Source: a virus
Lineage: Duplodnaviria; Caudoviricetes
Direction: 5' to 3' (one strand)
IMG/VR virus record: IMGVR_UViG_3300028601_000020
Length of the DNA: 64,000 bases
The notes beneath the pieces are model-generated. The model was given only the letters and a program-made list of their open reading frames with translations, made no database searches and had not been told where the DNA came from. The position numbers were made by a program, and so were the translations under genes. Shown here one piece after another: positions 1-10,015 of this stretch; the first letter of the stretch is position 1; every line of letters begins with the position of its first letter.

Positions 1-68
1 GCGAGGTAAGAATTCAATAACAGAACGATTTTATTAATTTCATCCATAATATTACTCCGTAATCAGTT

Positions 69-332
69 TTATTTTTTCGTCAATTCAATAATTTTGTCGG
101 CGATTTCTTTCATGGAACCAGTCATTGCGTCAATTGAATGAACCTCTTCTCCTTTGAACTTGACACATAAAGTGTCTTTATGATTCCAAATATGATGATA
201 TTCAATTGAAAAATTAGGATATTTTGGGCTCTTCCAAATTTCAGTGAAATAATCATTAGGAAATTCAACATTCACGGAATTTTTTTCATAATCAGTGAAA
301 GATTCAAAAATGCTCTGGTCATTATTAGACAT
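69..332 (-). CDS. hypothetical phage protein
   Basis: 87-aa ORF with GGAGA RBS, overlapping the stop of the upstream gene. Confidence 0.6.
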   Translation of the reverse strand: MSNNDQSIFESFTDYEKNSVNVEFPNDYFTEIWKSPKYPNFSIEYHHIWNHKDTLCVKFKGEEVHSIDAMTGSMKEIADKIIELTKK

Positions 333-561
333 GTTTCTCTCCCAAAAGTTTAATCTTACAAAGAATCTTGTCTATTATATTACTTTCAAAAATTTTTCTG
401 TCAACGAAAAAGAAGATACATCCACCAATAAAATTTGCGATAACGGTTTGCCAAAATCCATCTCCAAGTGAATAGATGACGAACCATAACAGCGGAGTAG
501 AAAGTTGCCAACGGAACAAATAAATCAAAAACCTTGGTGAGAGTTTAGCCGACTTTAACAA
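325..561 (-). CDS. small two-TM membrane protein
   Basis: Hydrophobic segments YLFRWQLSTPLLWFVIY and VIANFIGGCIFFFVD; AGGAG RBS upstream. Confidence 0.6.
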   Translation of the reverse strand: MLKSAKLSPRFLIYLFRWQLSTPLLWFVIYSLGDGFWQTVIANFIGGCIFFFVDRKIFESNIIDKILCKIKLLGEKHV

Positions 562-599
562 TGTTAGAATCTCCTTAAAATGATAGGCAAGCCTAAAAC

Positions 600-2030
600 G
601 CGGAACATTTTAATTTATTGGTGCTGAAAACGTCTTAAATTCGTCTGTAATGAAATATTGCTTCAATGCATAGTCTGACATGAGTGAATGGTTAAATCTT
701 GCTTAGAATCAATCCTGCTTATTCCTAGATGATATAATTATATATTCCTCATAAACTCCGTTCAATATCCTATAAACCTCTTCAATGAAGTATAAAATAA
801 AGACCAATCGGAGCGCAGCGGAGATTGTGTCTTATTCGGCGACAGCCGAATTATAATACAACCCGTTGAACGAGATTTATGCTTTTCTGCAATGAAGTCT
901 TCAATGAAGATCAACTAGGAAAAGTTGATATAGGTATCCAAATTAATTTTTAAATGGTTTGTATAAAGTTAATCAAAATTTTTCATCCTTATTAGCTCTA
1001 TACAAACCATTCAACGATTTAGTGTTTCAACCTGTTCATATATCGTCAAGATAAATTCGGCTACGCCTCATTGATACATTCAAGCTCCGCTCCGCTACGC
1101 TTGAAGTATCATATTCAATAATTTATATGGTTTTGATTATTTGGAATTTTTTATTTGAAGATTAAAACTTGAAAACTACTTGATAGGATCAAAAGACACA
1201 GGTTACCCCTGTCAAGAATTTTAAGGTGACAAAAGAGGCTTATTTTATAAAACAACGATATTATTAAGACATAAAATTCTCACAAAATTGTATCAGATAA
1301 ACAACAGCAAAATAATTTTCAAAAAATGTTGTTTTTTAAAATAAACCTCCCCATCGTCTTAAAATTCCCGACAGAGCATTTTGGTTAATTTTTTTGTATA
1401 AGCGGAATTCTCTCAGCCACGGACATTTTGAGATTTTTTCTTTGTCTCAAATATGGAGAGTTTTTATTTTGATTTTCTATACTATTAGAAAATCCCCCTA
1501 AAACTCTCGGCTTACCTATTGTCGTCTGTCGGTCAGGGTCATCTTTCCAGACCCACCAAAAACCAACTCTTGTTAAGAGCTAGACCGATCATCAGACACG
1601 CGCCGGGGAGGTCTACTGAACCTGCTTAATCAAAAGTCTGCAATCCTCAAACTGCAACCCTTTGATTTCATGCTCAACGCGCCCTTGCTTATACTGTCTT
1701 TTCCCTTTTCCGGTTTTATGACAATTAATGTCTATAGGTAAAACCGTCGCGTTGGTTAAAAAGGTGCCAACTAAGCGATAGGTGCCATGAAGCGATACAA
1801 AAAGAGCATTATACCTTATTGGCTCTTCATGTTTCTTCAGCGGGCATGAAACTGATCAATGAAATCAAGCAACACGGATAAATGTTGTAGTACCTTGAAA
1901 GCATTGAGGTTTCTTTACTTTATACATAACTAAGTTGAATTTTACTCTGTCCGGGTTCCTAAGTGAGTCTTGAATATAAAAACATTTCTTCGCCGGTCAT
2001 TTTTCAAGATTCACAAATATTATTTTATAC
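600..2030. other. 1.4-kb non-coding region rich in inverted repeats (origin or large ncRNA candidate)
   Basis: No ORF of 60 aa or more; long imperfect hairpins near 953-1011, 1208-1375, 1455-1510, 1525-1598 and 1963-2014. Confidence 0.6.
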
Positions 2031-2031
2031 A

Positions 2032-2397
2032 TTAAAGCATTGGCAAACTTTTGTCAACACTTTTATTTAGTATTTCTGGATTTTGTAAATAAGATTTTTG
2101 GCATTCAATGCATAAACATACTTCAGTTGAAACCAGTTTTCTTTTCACTTTTTCTGTGAATGTCAATGATCTACCGTGAAATTCTGCTCCGCACTTTTCA
2201 CAAATCAAGTCAGATTTTGGGATTTTGGAGTATTCTTCCCTTTTTAACCTCGTTAAATCTTCTATACGATTTGGTTTTCTTGGCTTTCCGGATTTAAGTG
2301 GTTTGGTTTTATCTTTGCAGTTGCTACAAAGATACATCAAAGTATAATTTCTTTTGCTTACGCCTGTGCCGGGACCATAAACAAAGGGGGGTTCCAA
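2032..2397 (-). CDS. Cys-rich (zinc-ribbon) hypothetical protein; start uncertain
   Basis: CSNC, CEKC and CIEC pairs. Confidence 0.4.
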   Translation of the reverse strand: MEPPFVYGPGTGVSKRNYTLMYLCSNCKDKTKPLKSGKPRKPNRIEDLTRLKREEYSKIPKSDLICEKCGAEFHGRSLTFTEKVKRKLVSTEVCLCIECQKSYLQNPEILNKSVDKSLPML

Positions 2398-2432
2398 AAA
2401 ACATCAAACTACAATGTTCACACCTATAAGTT

Positions 2433-2651
2433 TTAGGGGTTCTCCCTTTTTTCATTGATTTTCTCCTTGTATTCTGCAACATTTATAATTTCATCTGGCT
2501 GCTCCCAATCAATATTTAGTTCACGGTAATCGGCTACTTTTTTTGTGGGTTTCCAGATTTTGACTGTTGCAGAAGGAGCCACTGCTTTATTGTCATAAAA
2601 AGCAAGATACGGAAGAGATTCGGACAGGGAAGAGTTATCAATAATGTTCAT
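2433..2651 (-). CDS. hypothetical protein
   Basis: 72-aa ORF with GGAG RBS. Confidence 0.5.
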   Translation of the reverse strand: MNIIDNSSLSESLPYLAFYDNKAVAPSATVKIWKPTKKVADYRELNIDWEQPDEIINVAEYKEKINEKRENP

Positions 2652-2726
2652 TTCATAATCTCCAAAGTATTGTTTAATGTATGGAAGAACTATACCCTTT
2701 TTATGGTCTGAACTGTAACAATTAAT

Positions 2727-3422
2727 TTAATTTTTATTCCTATTTTTTAATGTTATAGCCAATCCAAACAATCCAACACCAAACAAAAACATAGTGGATG
2801 GTTCAGGAACAGGATTATGTGGCTTATCAGGAATATCACACGAGACGCAACATGTTTTGCATTCAGTATAATTTTCTTCAAAATATCGTATTCCTTCATT
2901 TACAGTTGACATATCAGTTTTTATTAGGTACGGTTTTAATACCGTCTCCCAATAACCATTATTAAATGAAGGTGGATTTCTATGATTTGATGGTTTACTC
3001 TGTTTGTTCGGTTTACTTACAATATCGTTTGGATCGCCGCATCGTAACCAAGATTTTCCAAATCCATACAATTTTGAACTGATCCTTGTGTAGTCTGTTT
3101 TTTCTCCAAGTTCAATTGATTGTGCGATTATATCCCATTCCTTATAATCCATGCAATCATATTTTATTTCCTTTGGATGTTTGGATGGATTAGGATGATT
3201 AGAAGGTGGTAGGACCGGTTTATATGGTTTCCAGACGTATTCAGGATGATATCCTGTTGTCACTATCGTTTGTGTTGAAACCTCATAAAACGCTTCCGTA
3301 TTGGTCTTTGTGTATGAACTGCATTCGTTAGAGCAACAATCAATGGACAATGCTCCAGCAGTCTCCACAGTTCCAAGAATAATTCCTAAAGATATTAGTG
3401 CAACTGAGAGACGTTTATACAT
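2727..3422 (-). CDS. PEP-CTERM sorting-signal protein with N-terminal signal peptide
   Basis: Start MYKRLSVALISLGIILG after GGAG RBS (ATG at 3422); C-terminus PVPEPSTMFLFGVGLFGLAITLKNRNKN is VPEP + TM + basic tail. Confidence 0.85.
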   Translation of the reverse strand: MYKRLSVALISLGIILGTVETAGALSIDCCSNECSSYTKTNTEAFYEVSTQTIVTTGYHPEYVWKPYKPVLPPSNHPNPSKHPKEIKYDCMDYKEWDIIAQSIELGEKTDYTRISSKLYGFGKSWLRCGDPNDIVSKPNKQSKPSNHRNPPSFNNGYWETVLKPYLIKTDMSTVNEGIRYFEENYTECKTCCVSCDIPDKPHNPVPEPSTMFLFGVGLFGLAITLKNRNKN

Positions 3423-3435
3423 GTTTATTCTCCTT

Positions 3436-4212
3436 TTAGCGGCTGATTTTGATACGGGCAACGATGTTGTTTTTCTTGCCCTTGTATTCGGAATGTTCTT
3501 TGATCGTGAAAGTGAAAGACGCTTTTTCGCCTTTCGTTCCCTTCGGAGCGGAACCCTTGTAAACAAACGTGTTTCCTTCATCATCGTTGTAAATTGCGAT
3601 GTAAAAGGGGCCGAAATTTCCTTCGTAAACATTCACGACTTTCAATGTCAATTCGCGGGTTACCCGTTCACCTACCTTACCGAAATAATCAACGGCGGCT
3701 TTCTTTTCTTCGGTGTTGATCCATTTCTGGGTAGTGGCGAACGCCTTGATCAAAGCAGATTCCTGCTTTTCAGACATTTCCTGCTTACCAATCACTGTTT
3801 CAAGAACAGAAGCAACGAACGAGTTCCGCGAGGCGTAGTGTTTCGCGGCTTCAATGATTTCGCCGTATTCAGAGAAGAAAGTTTCTTCTTTTTCGGCAAT
3901 TGCGGCCGCTTTCTTCGCTTCTTTCTTTGCTTTTGCTTCGTTCAGTTTGTTGAGTTTTTCTTCAGTGTAAACAGAAACTTTCTTCGGGCTTGTCGGGTCA
4001 GCGAAACCGCGCCCCGGAAGAATTCGAGTTTTACCACCGCAGCGATAACAAGTGTAACCGGTGTGATTCCAAACATGGTTACCGCCTTCGCCTCCGCAGC
4101 GAGTGCAAGCAAAATGCTCAAGGACAGTACCGGTTACGGACGTTTCTTTTTTAAGGGAGATTTTGGTATCTGCGGAAACTGGGGCACCGTTGCGATAGAA
4201 AAACTGAGTCAT
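3436..4212 (-). CDS. early protein with CxxC zinc knuckle and putative C-terminal OB-fold
   Basis: CTRCGG...CYRCGG; beta-rich C-terminus; sigma70 promoter upstream. Confidence 0.6.
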   Translation of the reverse strand: MTQFFYRNGAPVSADTKISLKKETSVTGTVLEHFACTRCGGEGGNHVWNHTGYTCYRCGGKTRILPGRGFADPTSPKKVSVYTEEKLNKLNEAKAKKEAKKAAAIAEKEETFFSEYGEIIEAAKHYASRNSFVASVLETVIGKQEMSEKQESALIKAFATTQKWINTEEKKAAVDYFGKVGERVTRELTLKVVNVYEGNFGPFYIAIYNDDEGNTFVYKGSAPKGTKGEKASFTFTIKEHSEYKGKKNNIVARIKISR

Positions 4213-4239
4213 TTTGTAACCTCATGATTTGTGTTGTTC

Positions 4240-4291
4240 TCATTCACTCAACTTTCAAAAATAGATTAAACTATTCTGTGTTCATCGTCAA
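4240..4291 (-). promoter_or_regulatory. sigma70-type early promoter with TGAAAGTT leader motif
   Basis: TTGACG-N17-TAATCT followed by TTGAAAGTTGAG on the minus strand. Confidence 0.7.
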
Positions 4292-4325
4292 CAAAAAAGA
4301 TCATTTATCTCGAAAATAATTTTTG

Positions 4326-4333
4326 TATAAATA
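4326..4333 (+). promoter_or_regulatory. T4-type late promoter
   Basis: TATAAATA upstream of the terminase genes. Confidence 0.75.
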
Positions 4334-4376
4334 ATAGTGAGATATAAACGATTTACCAGAATTATGAGGGAATAAT

Positions 4377-4748
4377 ATGGAAAAAGATATCACTCTTTAT
4401 GAACAGACAACGGAAATTTCAAATTCTGAATCAGAAATGATCCAAGATTTAGAAGAAGCAAGAGAAACGTATAAAAATTTGATTGAACAGGGGAAAAACG
4501 GACTTCAATTATCTTATGACTTGATAACTGCCACGGAACATCCAAGGGCGATTGAAGTTTTTGCGAATTTAATTAATTCTGTTGCGAATATTAATGGAAA
4601 ACTTGTTGATCTTCAGTCAACCAAAAATGAAATCATAAAAAAGAAAGTTGAAAAACAAGAAAGTGTTGGTGGAAATAATGTAACAAATAATTTATTTGTG
4701 GGTTCTCCTGCGGAACTCCAGGAAATGATTGCTTCAATGAGGATTTAA
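4377..4748 (+). CDS. gp16: terminase small subunit
   Basis: EHPRAIEVF and NNLFVGSPAEL motifs; directly before the large terminase. Confidence 0.9.
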   Translation: MEKDITLYEQTTEISNSESEMIQDLEEARETYKNLIEQGKNGLQLSYDLITATEHPRAIEVFANLINSVANINGKLVDLQSTKNEIIKKKVEKQESVGGNNVTNNLFVGSPAELQEMIASMRI

Positions 4749-4749
4749 A

Positions 4750-6378
4750 ATGGAGTTTGACGAGAAAGGATACCGTGGTAATACTAACATTCGCCCTAAA
4801 GGGCTGAAACAAGAGTGGACCAAAGAACAAGTATTTGAATTTGTAAAGTGTTCAAAGGATCCTGTATATTTCATTAAGAAATATGTAAAGATTGTCCATG
4901 TTGATAAAGGCATCATTCCTTTTGAACTATGGGATTTCCAAGAAGAATTCGTTGACATTCTTCATAACAATAGAAGAGTTATAGGGCTTTGGGCTCGCCA
5001 GCAAGGAAAGTCAACATCAATTGCTGCATATATGCTGCATTTTGTTCTTTTTAACTCTAATAAATTTTGTGCAATACTCGCAAACAAAGCCGATTCAGCA
5101 AGAGAAATTTTAGGAAGAATTCAACTTGCGTATGAATTGCTTCCTTTTTGGCTTAAACAAGGAGTTATTGACTGGAACAAAGGCTCATTTTCATTAGAAA
5201 ATGGATCAAAAATTATCGCAGCGGCTACAAGTTCAAGCGCCATTCGTGGCCGTTCAATTTCTATGTTACTATTGGATGAATTTGCATTCGTTCCCAAAAA
5301 CATGGCAGATGAATTTTTTCGTTCTGTTTATCCTACAATTTCTTCGGGTAAAGAGTCAAAGATTGCGATTATTAGCACTCCTTATGGAATGAATCATTAT
5401 TATAAATTGTGGAATGAAGCAGTGACAAACAAAAACGATTATGTTGCTCATCATGCTGATTGGACTTGTGTTCCTGATAGAGATGAAGCATGGAAAATTG
5501 AAACAATACGGAATATTGGTGAAGAAGCGTTTAATCAAGAATTCGCTTGTGAATTCCATGGAAGCGCGGGAACGCTTATATCTGCAAACAAACTTAAATC
5601 AATGACATATCGTGATCCTATTTTCCAAGATAGTGATGGGTTGAAAATTTATTACACTCCAGAAAAGGATCATTCTTATATAATGACAGTTGATGTTTCA
5701 GAAGGAACTGGATTAGATTATCATGCAATAAATGTTATTGATATTACCGACTATCCTTATCAACAGGTAGCGGTTTTCAGAAATCAATTTCTTGATACTG
5801 TTTTGCTTCCCGATGCAATACTTTCTCTTGGAGAAAAATATAATGACGCTTTCGTAATGATTGAAATCAATTCAATTGGTCAGACTGTTGCGGAAATATT
5901 GTTTACTGATCTTGAATATGAACATTTGATGTTTACAACAATGTCAGGAAGAAAAGGACAAGTTCTTGGTGGAGGTTTTTCTGGCAAGACACAATATGGT
6001 CTTAAAATGACGAAACAATCAAAAAGAATTGGCTGTTCATTATTGAAAACTCTTATTGAAAACGACCAGCTTATTATAAATGATTATGATACTTATTCTG
6101 AATTGACAACTTTTGTTAGAAACAAAGGAAGTTATGAAGCGGAAGTTGGATGTAACGATGATTCTGTTATGTCTCTTGTTTCTTTTGCTTGGATAACTGG
6201 ACAACAGTATTTTAAAGAAGATATGGAGCAAGACCTAAGACAAAATATTAACAGAAAAGTAGTTGATCATTTGGAAGAAATGCTGGTACCATTCGGAGTG
6301 ATTGATGATGGAACTGAGTATATGTCTAATGAAGATTTAATTAGAAAATCAATGGAAATCAATTATGATGATTTTTAA
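4750..6378 (+). CDS. gp17: terminase large subunit
   Basis: ARQQGKST Walker A, LLDEFAF Walker B, STPYG, RNase H-like DVSEG...DDSVM. Confidence 0.97.
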   Translation: MEFDEKGYRGNTNIRPKGLKQEWTKEQVFEFVKCSKDPVYFIKKYVKIVHVDKGIIPFELWDFQEEFVDILHNNRRVIGLWARQQGKSTSIAAYMLHFVLFNSNKFCAILANKADSAREILGRIQLAYELLPFWLKQGVIDWNKGSFSLENGSKIIAAATSSSAIRGRSISMLLLDEFAFVPKNMADEFFRSVYPTISSGKESKIAIISTPYGMNHYYKLWNEAVTNKNDYVAHHADWTCVPDRDEAWKIETIRNIGEEAFNQEFACEFHGSAGTLISANKLKSMTYRDPIFQDSDGLKIYYTPEKDHSYIMTVDVSEGTGLDYHAINVIDITDYPYQQVAVFRNQFLDTVLLPDAILSLGEKYNDAFVMIEINSIGQTVAEILFTDLEYEHLMFTTMSGRKGQVLGGGFSGKTQYGLKMTKQSKRIGCSLLKTLIENDQLIINDYDTYSELTTFVRNKGSYEAEVGCNDDSVMSLVSFAWITGQQYFKEDMEQDLRQNINRKVVDHLEEMLVPFGVIDDGTEYMSNEDLIRKSMEINYDDF

Positions 6379-6400
6379 AAATTCTCTGTTTTCTCTATAG

Positions 6401-6408
6401 TATAAATA
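6401..6408 (+). promoter_or_regulatory. T4-type late promoter
   Basis: TATAAATA before the sheath gene. Confidence 0.75.
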
Positions 6409-6500
6409 AATATACAATAAACTTTGCTGGAATAATGCAATCTGAATTTGCATTATGCTGAATTTAAGATTACCACAAACAAAGAATAAGAGGTACAAAT

Positions 6501-8426
6501 ATGTCAATGGCAACACAACTTTCTCCGGGTATCGTCGCCCGAGAATGGGATTTGACCCAAATCGTTCCACAAATTGCTACTGCTGGCGCGGCTTATGTTG
6601 GTGCATTTCAGTGGGGACCGGTAAACAAAGTCAAACTTGTTTCTTCTGAAGAGAACCTTGTAAATATTTTTGGTACTCCAGACTCGGACACTTTTCTTCA
6701 CTGGTTCTCTGCAAAAAACTTTCTTGATTATTCTCGAAATTTGAAGCTGGTTCGTGTGGTTGAAGCAACTGCATTGAATGCGACTTCAAACGGAACCGGC
6801 GTCCAGATTATTAATGAAGCAGAATGGATTGATCAGCACTCGGCAGGAACAAACACTGTCGGTGAATTTGCTGGTCGTTATCCGGGTGAGATGGGCAATT
6901 CAATTAAAATTGAGATGGCTGACGGCAAGTCATTCGGTGCTGTTACTTCTGTGACGCTTACTAATGTTGGTTCTGGATATACAACTGTTGATGATGGTGC
7001 AACTGTAACCTTTTCTGCTCCCGGTGGAACCGGTGTAACTGCAATAGGAACCCTTACTGTTGTGGCTGATGTTGTAACTGGAATTGAAATTACAGAAAAT
7101 GGTTCTGGTTATCGGGTCGCCCCGACTGTAACAATTCCGCCCCCTTCTGGTGGTGGCACTGCTGCAACAGCAAAAGCAAATCTTTGGGCTTATCGTAATC
7201 AGTTCTTGACTAATCCGGGAACTTCTGACGAAGCCGCTTCAATGGGTGGCGCGAATGATGAAATGCATATTGTTGTCCTTGATGCAGATGGAAAAATTAC
7301 TGGTGAGGCCGGTAATGTTCTTGAACGTTTCTCGTTTGTTTCTAAGGCAAGTGATATCAAGTATTCTGATGGAACAACTGCATATTATGTCAGTGTTCTC
7401 CGTGACCGTTCAAAATATGTTTTTTGGATGGACCATCTTGAATCAGATTGGGGACAGACTGCATCTAATATCACTTTTACACAAATGGATACTCCGCATT
7501 CAGTAACTCTTTCTGGAGGAACTGATGGTAATGATGTAACAAATGATGAACTTATGCCTGGTTGGGATATGTTCAAAAATGTTGAAACAATTGATATCGG
7601 TATCCTCATTTCTGGTGCTGCTGACAATGTTCTGAAAGAATATCTTATCCAGAATATTGCAGAACACAGAAAGGACTGTGTTGCTTGTATTTCTCCTAAT
7701 CTGGATGATGTTGTTCATAACAACACAAATGAAGTTTCAGACGTTCTTGCTCTGAGAAACGTTCTTACTTCATCTTCATATGGTTTCTTTGATTGTAACT
7801 GGAAATACATGTTTGACCGTTACAATAACACCTTCAGGTGGATTCCTTGTAACCCTGACACTGCTGGTCTTATTGCATACACTGATGAAATTCGGGATGC
7901 ATGGTGGTCTCCTGCTGGTTACAATCGTGGCCATCTTAAAAACGTTGTTAAACTTGCATGGAATCCTGATAAGACTGATCGTGATGAACTGTATCAGAAT
8001 GGCGTGAATCCGATTGTTACTGTTGCTGGTGAAGGAACGATTCTTTTAGGCGACAAGACAATGTTGACCAAACCCTCTGCTTTTGATCGTATCAATGTCC
8101 GTAGACTGTTTATTACTCTTCGGAAGGCGATCACGAAAGCAAGCCGTTATGCACTCTTTGAATTCAATGATGCATTCACCCGTCTTCGCTTTATTCAGAT
8201 TGTTGAACCGTATCTCCGTGATGTTGAGGGCAGACGTGGTATTATTGGTTCCAGGGTGGTGTGTGATGAAACAAATAACACTGGTTATGTAATTGACAGT
8301 AATGGATTTGTCGGTGATATTTACGTGAAACCGGCAAGGTCAATCAATTGGATAACTCTTAACTTTGTCGCAACTCCGACAGGAATTGACTTTGACGAAA
8401 TTATTGGAACATTTGGTGATTTCTAA
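6501..8426 (+). CDS. gp18: tail sheath protein
   Basis: LSPGIVARE, FQWGP, WWSPAGYNRG, FDRINVRRLF, FEFND, KPARSINWI. Confidence 0.97.
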   Translation: MSMATQLSPGIVAREWDLTQIVPQIATAGAAYVGAFQWGPVNKVKLVSSEENLVNIFGTPDSDTFLHWFSAKNFLDYSRNLKLVRVVEATALNATSNGTGVQIINEAEWIDQHSAGTNTVGEFAGRYPGEMGNSIKIEMADGKSFGAVTSVTLTNVGSGYTTVDDGATVTFSAPGGTGVTAIGTLTVVADVVTGIEITENGSGYRVAPTVTIPPPSGGGTAATAKANLWAYRNQFLTNPGTSDEAASMGGANDEMHIVVLDADGKITGEAGNVLERFSFVSKASDIKYSDGTTAYYVSVLRDRSKYVFWMDHLESDWGQTASNITFTQMDTPHSVTLSGGTDGNDVTNDELMPGWDMFKNVETIDIGILISGAADNVLKEYLIQNIAEHRKDCVACISPNLDDVVHNNTNEVSDVLALRNVLTSSSYGFFDCNWKYMFDRYNNTFRWIPCNPDTAGLIAYTDEIRDAWWSPAGYNRGHLKNVVKLAWNPDKTDRDELYQNGVNPIVTVAGEGTILLGDKTMLTKPSAFDRINVRRLFITLRKAITKASRYALFEFNDAFTRLRFIQIVEPYLRDVEGRRGIIGSRVVCDETNNTGYVIDSNGFVGDIYVKPARSINWITLNFVATPTGIDFDEIIGTFGDF

Positions 8427-8437
8427 TTGAAATAAAC

Positions 8438-8520
8438 GATAAATAATGATATAAGAGGGATAGGCTGATCACCGAAAAGAAGAATAGTCCATCTTCCTTC
8501 CCTCTTTATTTTTTGGACTT
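8438..8520 (+). promoter_or_regulatory. late-promoter variant followed by a structured leader (three-way junction with possible pseudoknot)
   Basis: GATAAATA; AGAGGGA/TCCCTCT and GAAGA/TCTTC stems; loop AGTCCA complementary to TGGACT at 8514-8519. Confidence 0.5.
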
Positions 8521-8533
8521 TCTAAGGACATGA

Positions 8534-10015
8534 ATGAATAAATTACGACCATGGGTTTTGAAAAATTGTTTTTCAAAATCAGGAAAGCAAATTCTTTCTG
8601 ATAATTTTTTAAAAAAGAAGTTTCCGCTAAAAATAGAAGAAATTTTTAAAGAAACCTCTTTTTTAAAAGAAGATCAATCATTGAAAATTCGTTTATGGTA
8701 TATTTTAAACGGAGAGAACGAAAAAAGGAAATGTCCATTATGTGGTTCTATTATTAATGATGATTCAAAATATGATTTTTCAGTTTTTTGTTCTGTGAAT
8801 TGTAGGGCGAAATTTATTTCAAATAATGAAATTATTAAAAATAAAAGGAAGCAAACTTGCAAAAAAAGATATGGAGGTGAATCTCCATTTCATTCTTCTA
8901 CTGTTCAACAAAAAGTGAAAGATTCTGTGTTTGAAAAATATGGAGTTAATAACATTTCACAAGTTGAAGAAATTAAGGAAAAATCTGCTGTTTCTTATTC
9001 CTTGACATATCAAAACAACAAAAAAGAAACGCTCGAAAATTATAAACAAAAACACAACGAATTGTTTGAATTTTGGAATAAAACTAAAAGCATTGATGCA
9101 GTAAGCAAGAAATTTAATATATCATTTCATCATATTTATAAAATTCTTGGAAAATTTGATGTTGAATTTAATGTTAATAATGTTTCTTCTTATGAAATAG
9201 AATTACAAGAAATTCTTAAAAGTTGGAATGTTGATTTTGTTGCAAACGATAGACGAATCATTAAACCAAAAGAACTAGATATTTTTATTCCTTCAATAAA
9301 TCTTGCTATAGAAATAAACGGGATATATCATCATAGTATAAAAACGGTTGACCGTTTGATTGCAAAGAAAAATCATTTTAATAAAACGGAACAATGTGAA
9401 TCTCAAGGCATACAATTGTTTCATATTTTTGACAATGAATGGATTGAAAAGAAGGATATATGGATTTCAATGATAAGAAACAAACTTAATCTTGGAGAAA
9501 GAATTTTTTCAAGAAAGTGCAAAATTGTTAAACCAGAAAAATCTGAAGTTTTTCCTTTTTTAGAGAAAAATCATATACAAGGAAAACTTGGATATTTTGA
9601 TTGTATAGGTTTAGAATATAAAGGGGAATTGGTGTCTATAATGACGTTCATTAAAAGACAAAATAGAATTGAACTTGGTAGGTTTTGTTCTAAACTTAAT
9701 ACCAATGTTATTGGATCATTTTCAAAATTATTAAAAAATTCTGGTTATACAGAAGTTTATTCTTTTGGAAATAGACGATGGACAAATTCTTTGAACAATG
9801 TTTATGAGCATAACGGTTTTGATTTTCTGAGAAAAACTCAACCTAATTATTTTTATACAAAAAATGGAAATATATTTTCAAGAATAAATTTTCAGAAACA
9901 TAAATTAAAGGATAAGTTAGAAACATTCAATTCGGAATTGTCGGAATTTGAAAATATGTTTAATAACGGATATTCTATCATTTTTGATTCTGGCAACTTG
10001 CTTTACAAGAAATGA
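8534..10015 (+). CDS. putative homing endonuclease (Hef/Vsr-like PD-(D/E)XK)
   Basis: CPLC...FCSVNC, KKRYG/EKYG repeats, ELDIFIPSINLAIEINGIYHHS; very AT-rich insert after gp18. Confidence 0.75.
   Translation: MNKLRPWVLKNCFSKSGKQILSDNFLKKKFPLKIEEIFKETSFLKEDQSLKIRLWYILNGENEKRKCPLCGSIINDDSKYDFSVFCSVNCRAKFISNNEIIKNKRKQTCKKRYGGESPFHSSTVQQKVKDSVFEKYGVNNISQVEEIKEKSAVSYSLTYQNNKKETLENYKQKHNELFEFWNKTKSIDAVSKKFNISFHHIYKILGKFDVEFNVNNVSSYEIELQEILKSWNVDFVANDRRIIKPKELDIFIPSINLAIEINGIYHHSIKTVDRLIAKKNHFNKTEQCESQGIQLFHIFDNEWIEKKDIWISMIRNKLNLGERIFSRKCKIVKPEKSEVFPFLEKNHIQGKLGYFDCIGLEYKGELVSIMTFIKRQNRIELGRFCSKLNTNVIGSFSKLLKNSGYTEVYSFGNRRWTNSLNNVYEHNGFDFLRKTQPNYFYTKNGNIFSRINFQKHKLKDKLETFNSELSEFENMFNNGYSIIFDSGNLLYKK

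Noticed and set aside
3423-3632. 70-aa N-terminal extension of the PEP-CTERM ORF in the track
   Set aside because: Overlaps the upstream gene; RBS and signal peptide place the start at 3422
3301-4227. 308-aa plus-strand ORF
   Set aside because: Antisense shadow of 3436..4212, which has the promoter, RBS and protein motifs
8465-8478. CTGATCA...GAAA resembling a hammerhead core
   Set aside because: CUGAUCA is not CUGANGA and no stem II separates it from GAAA
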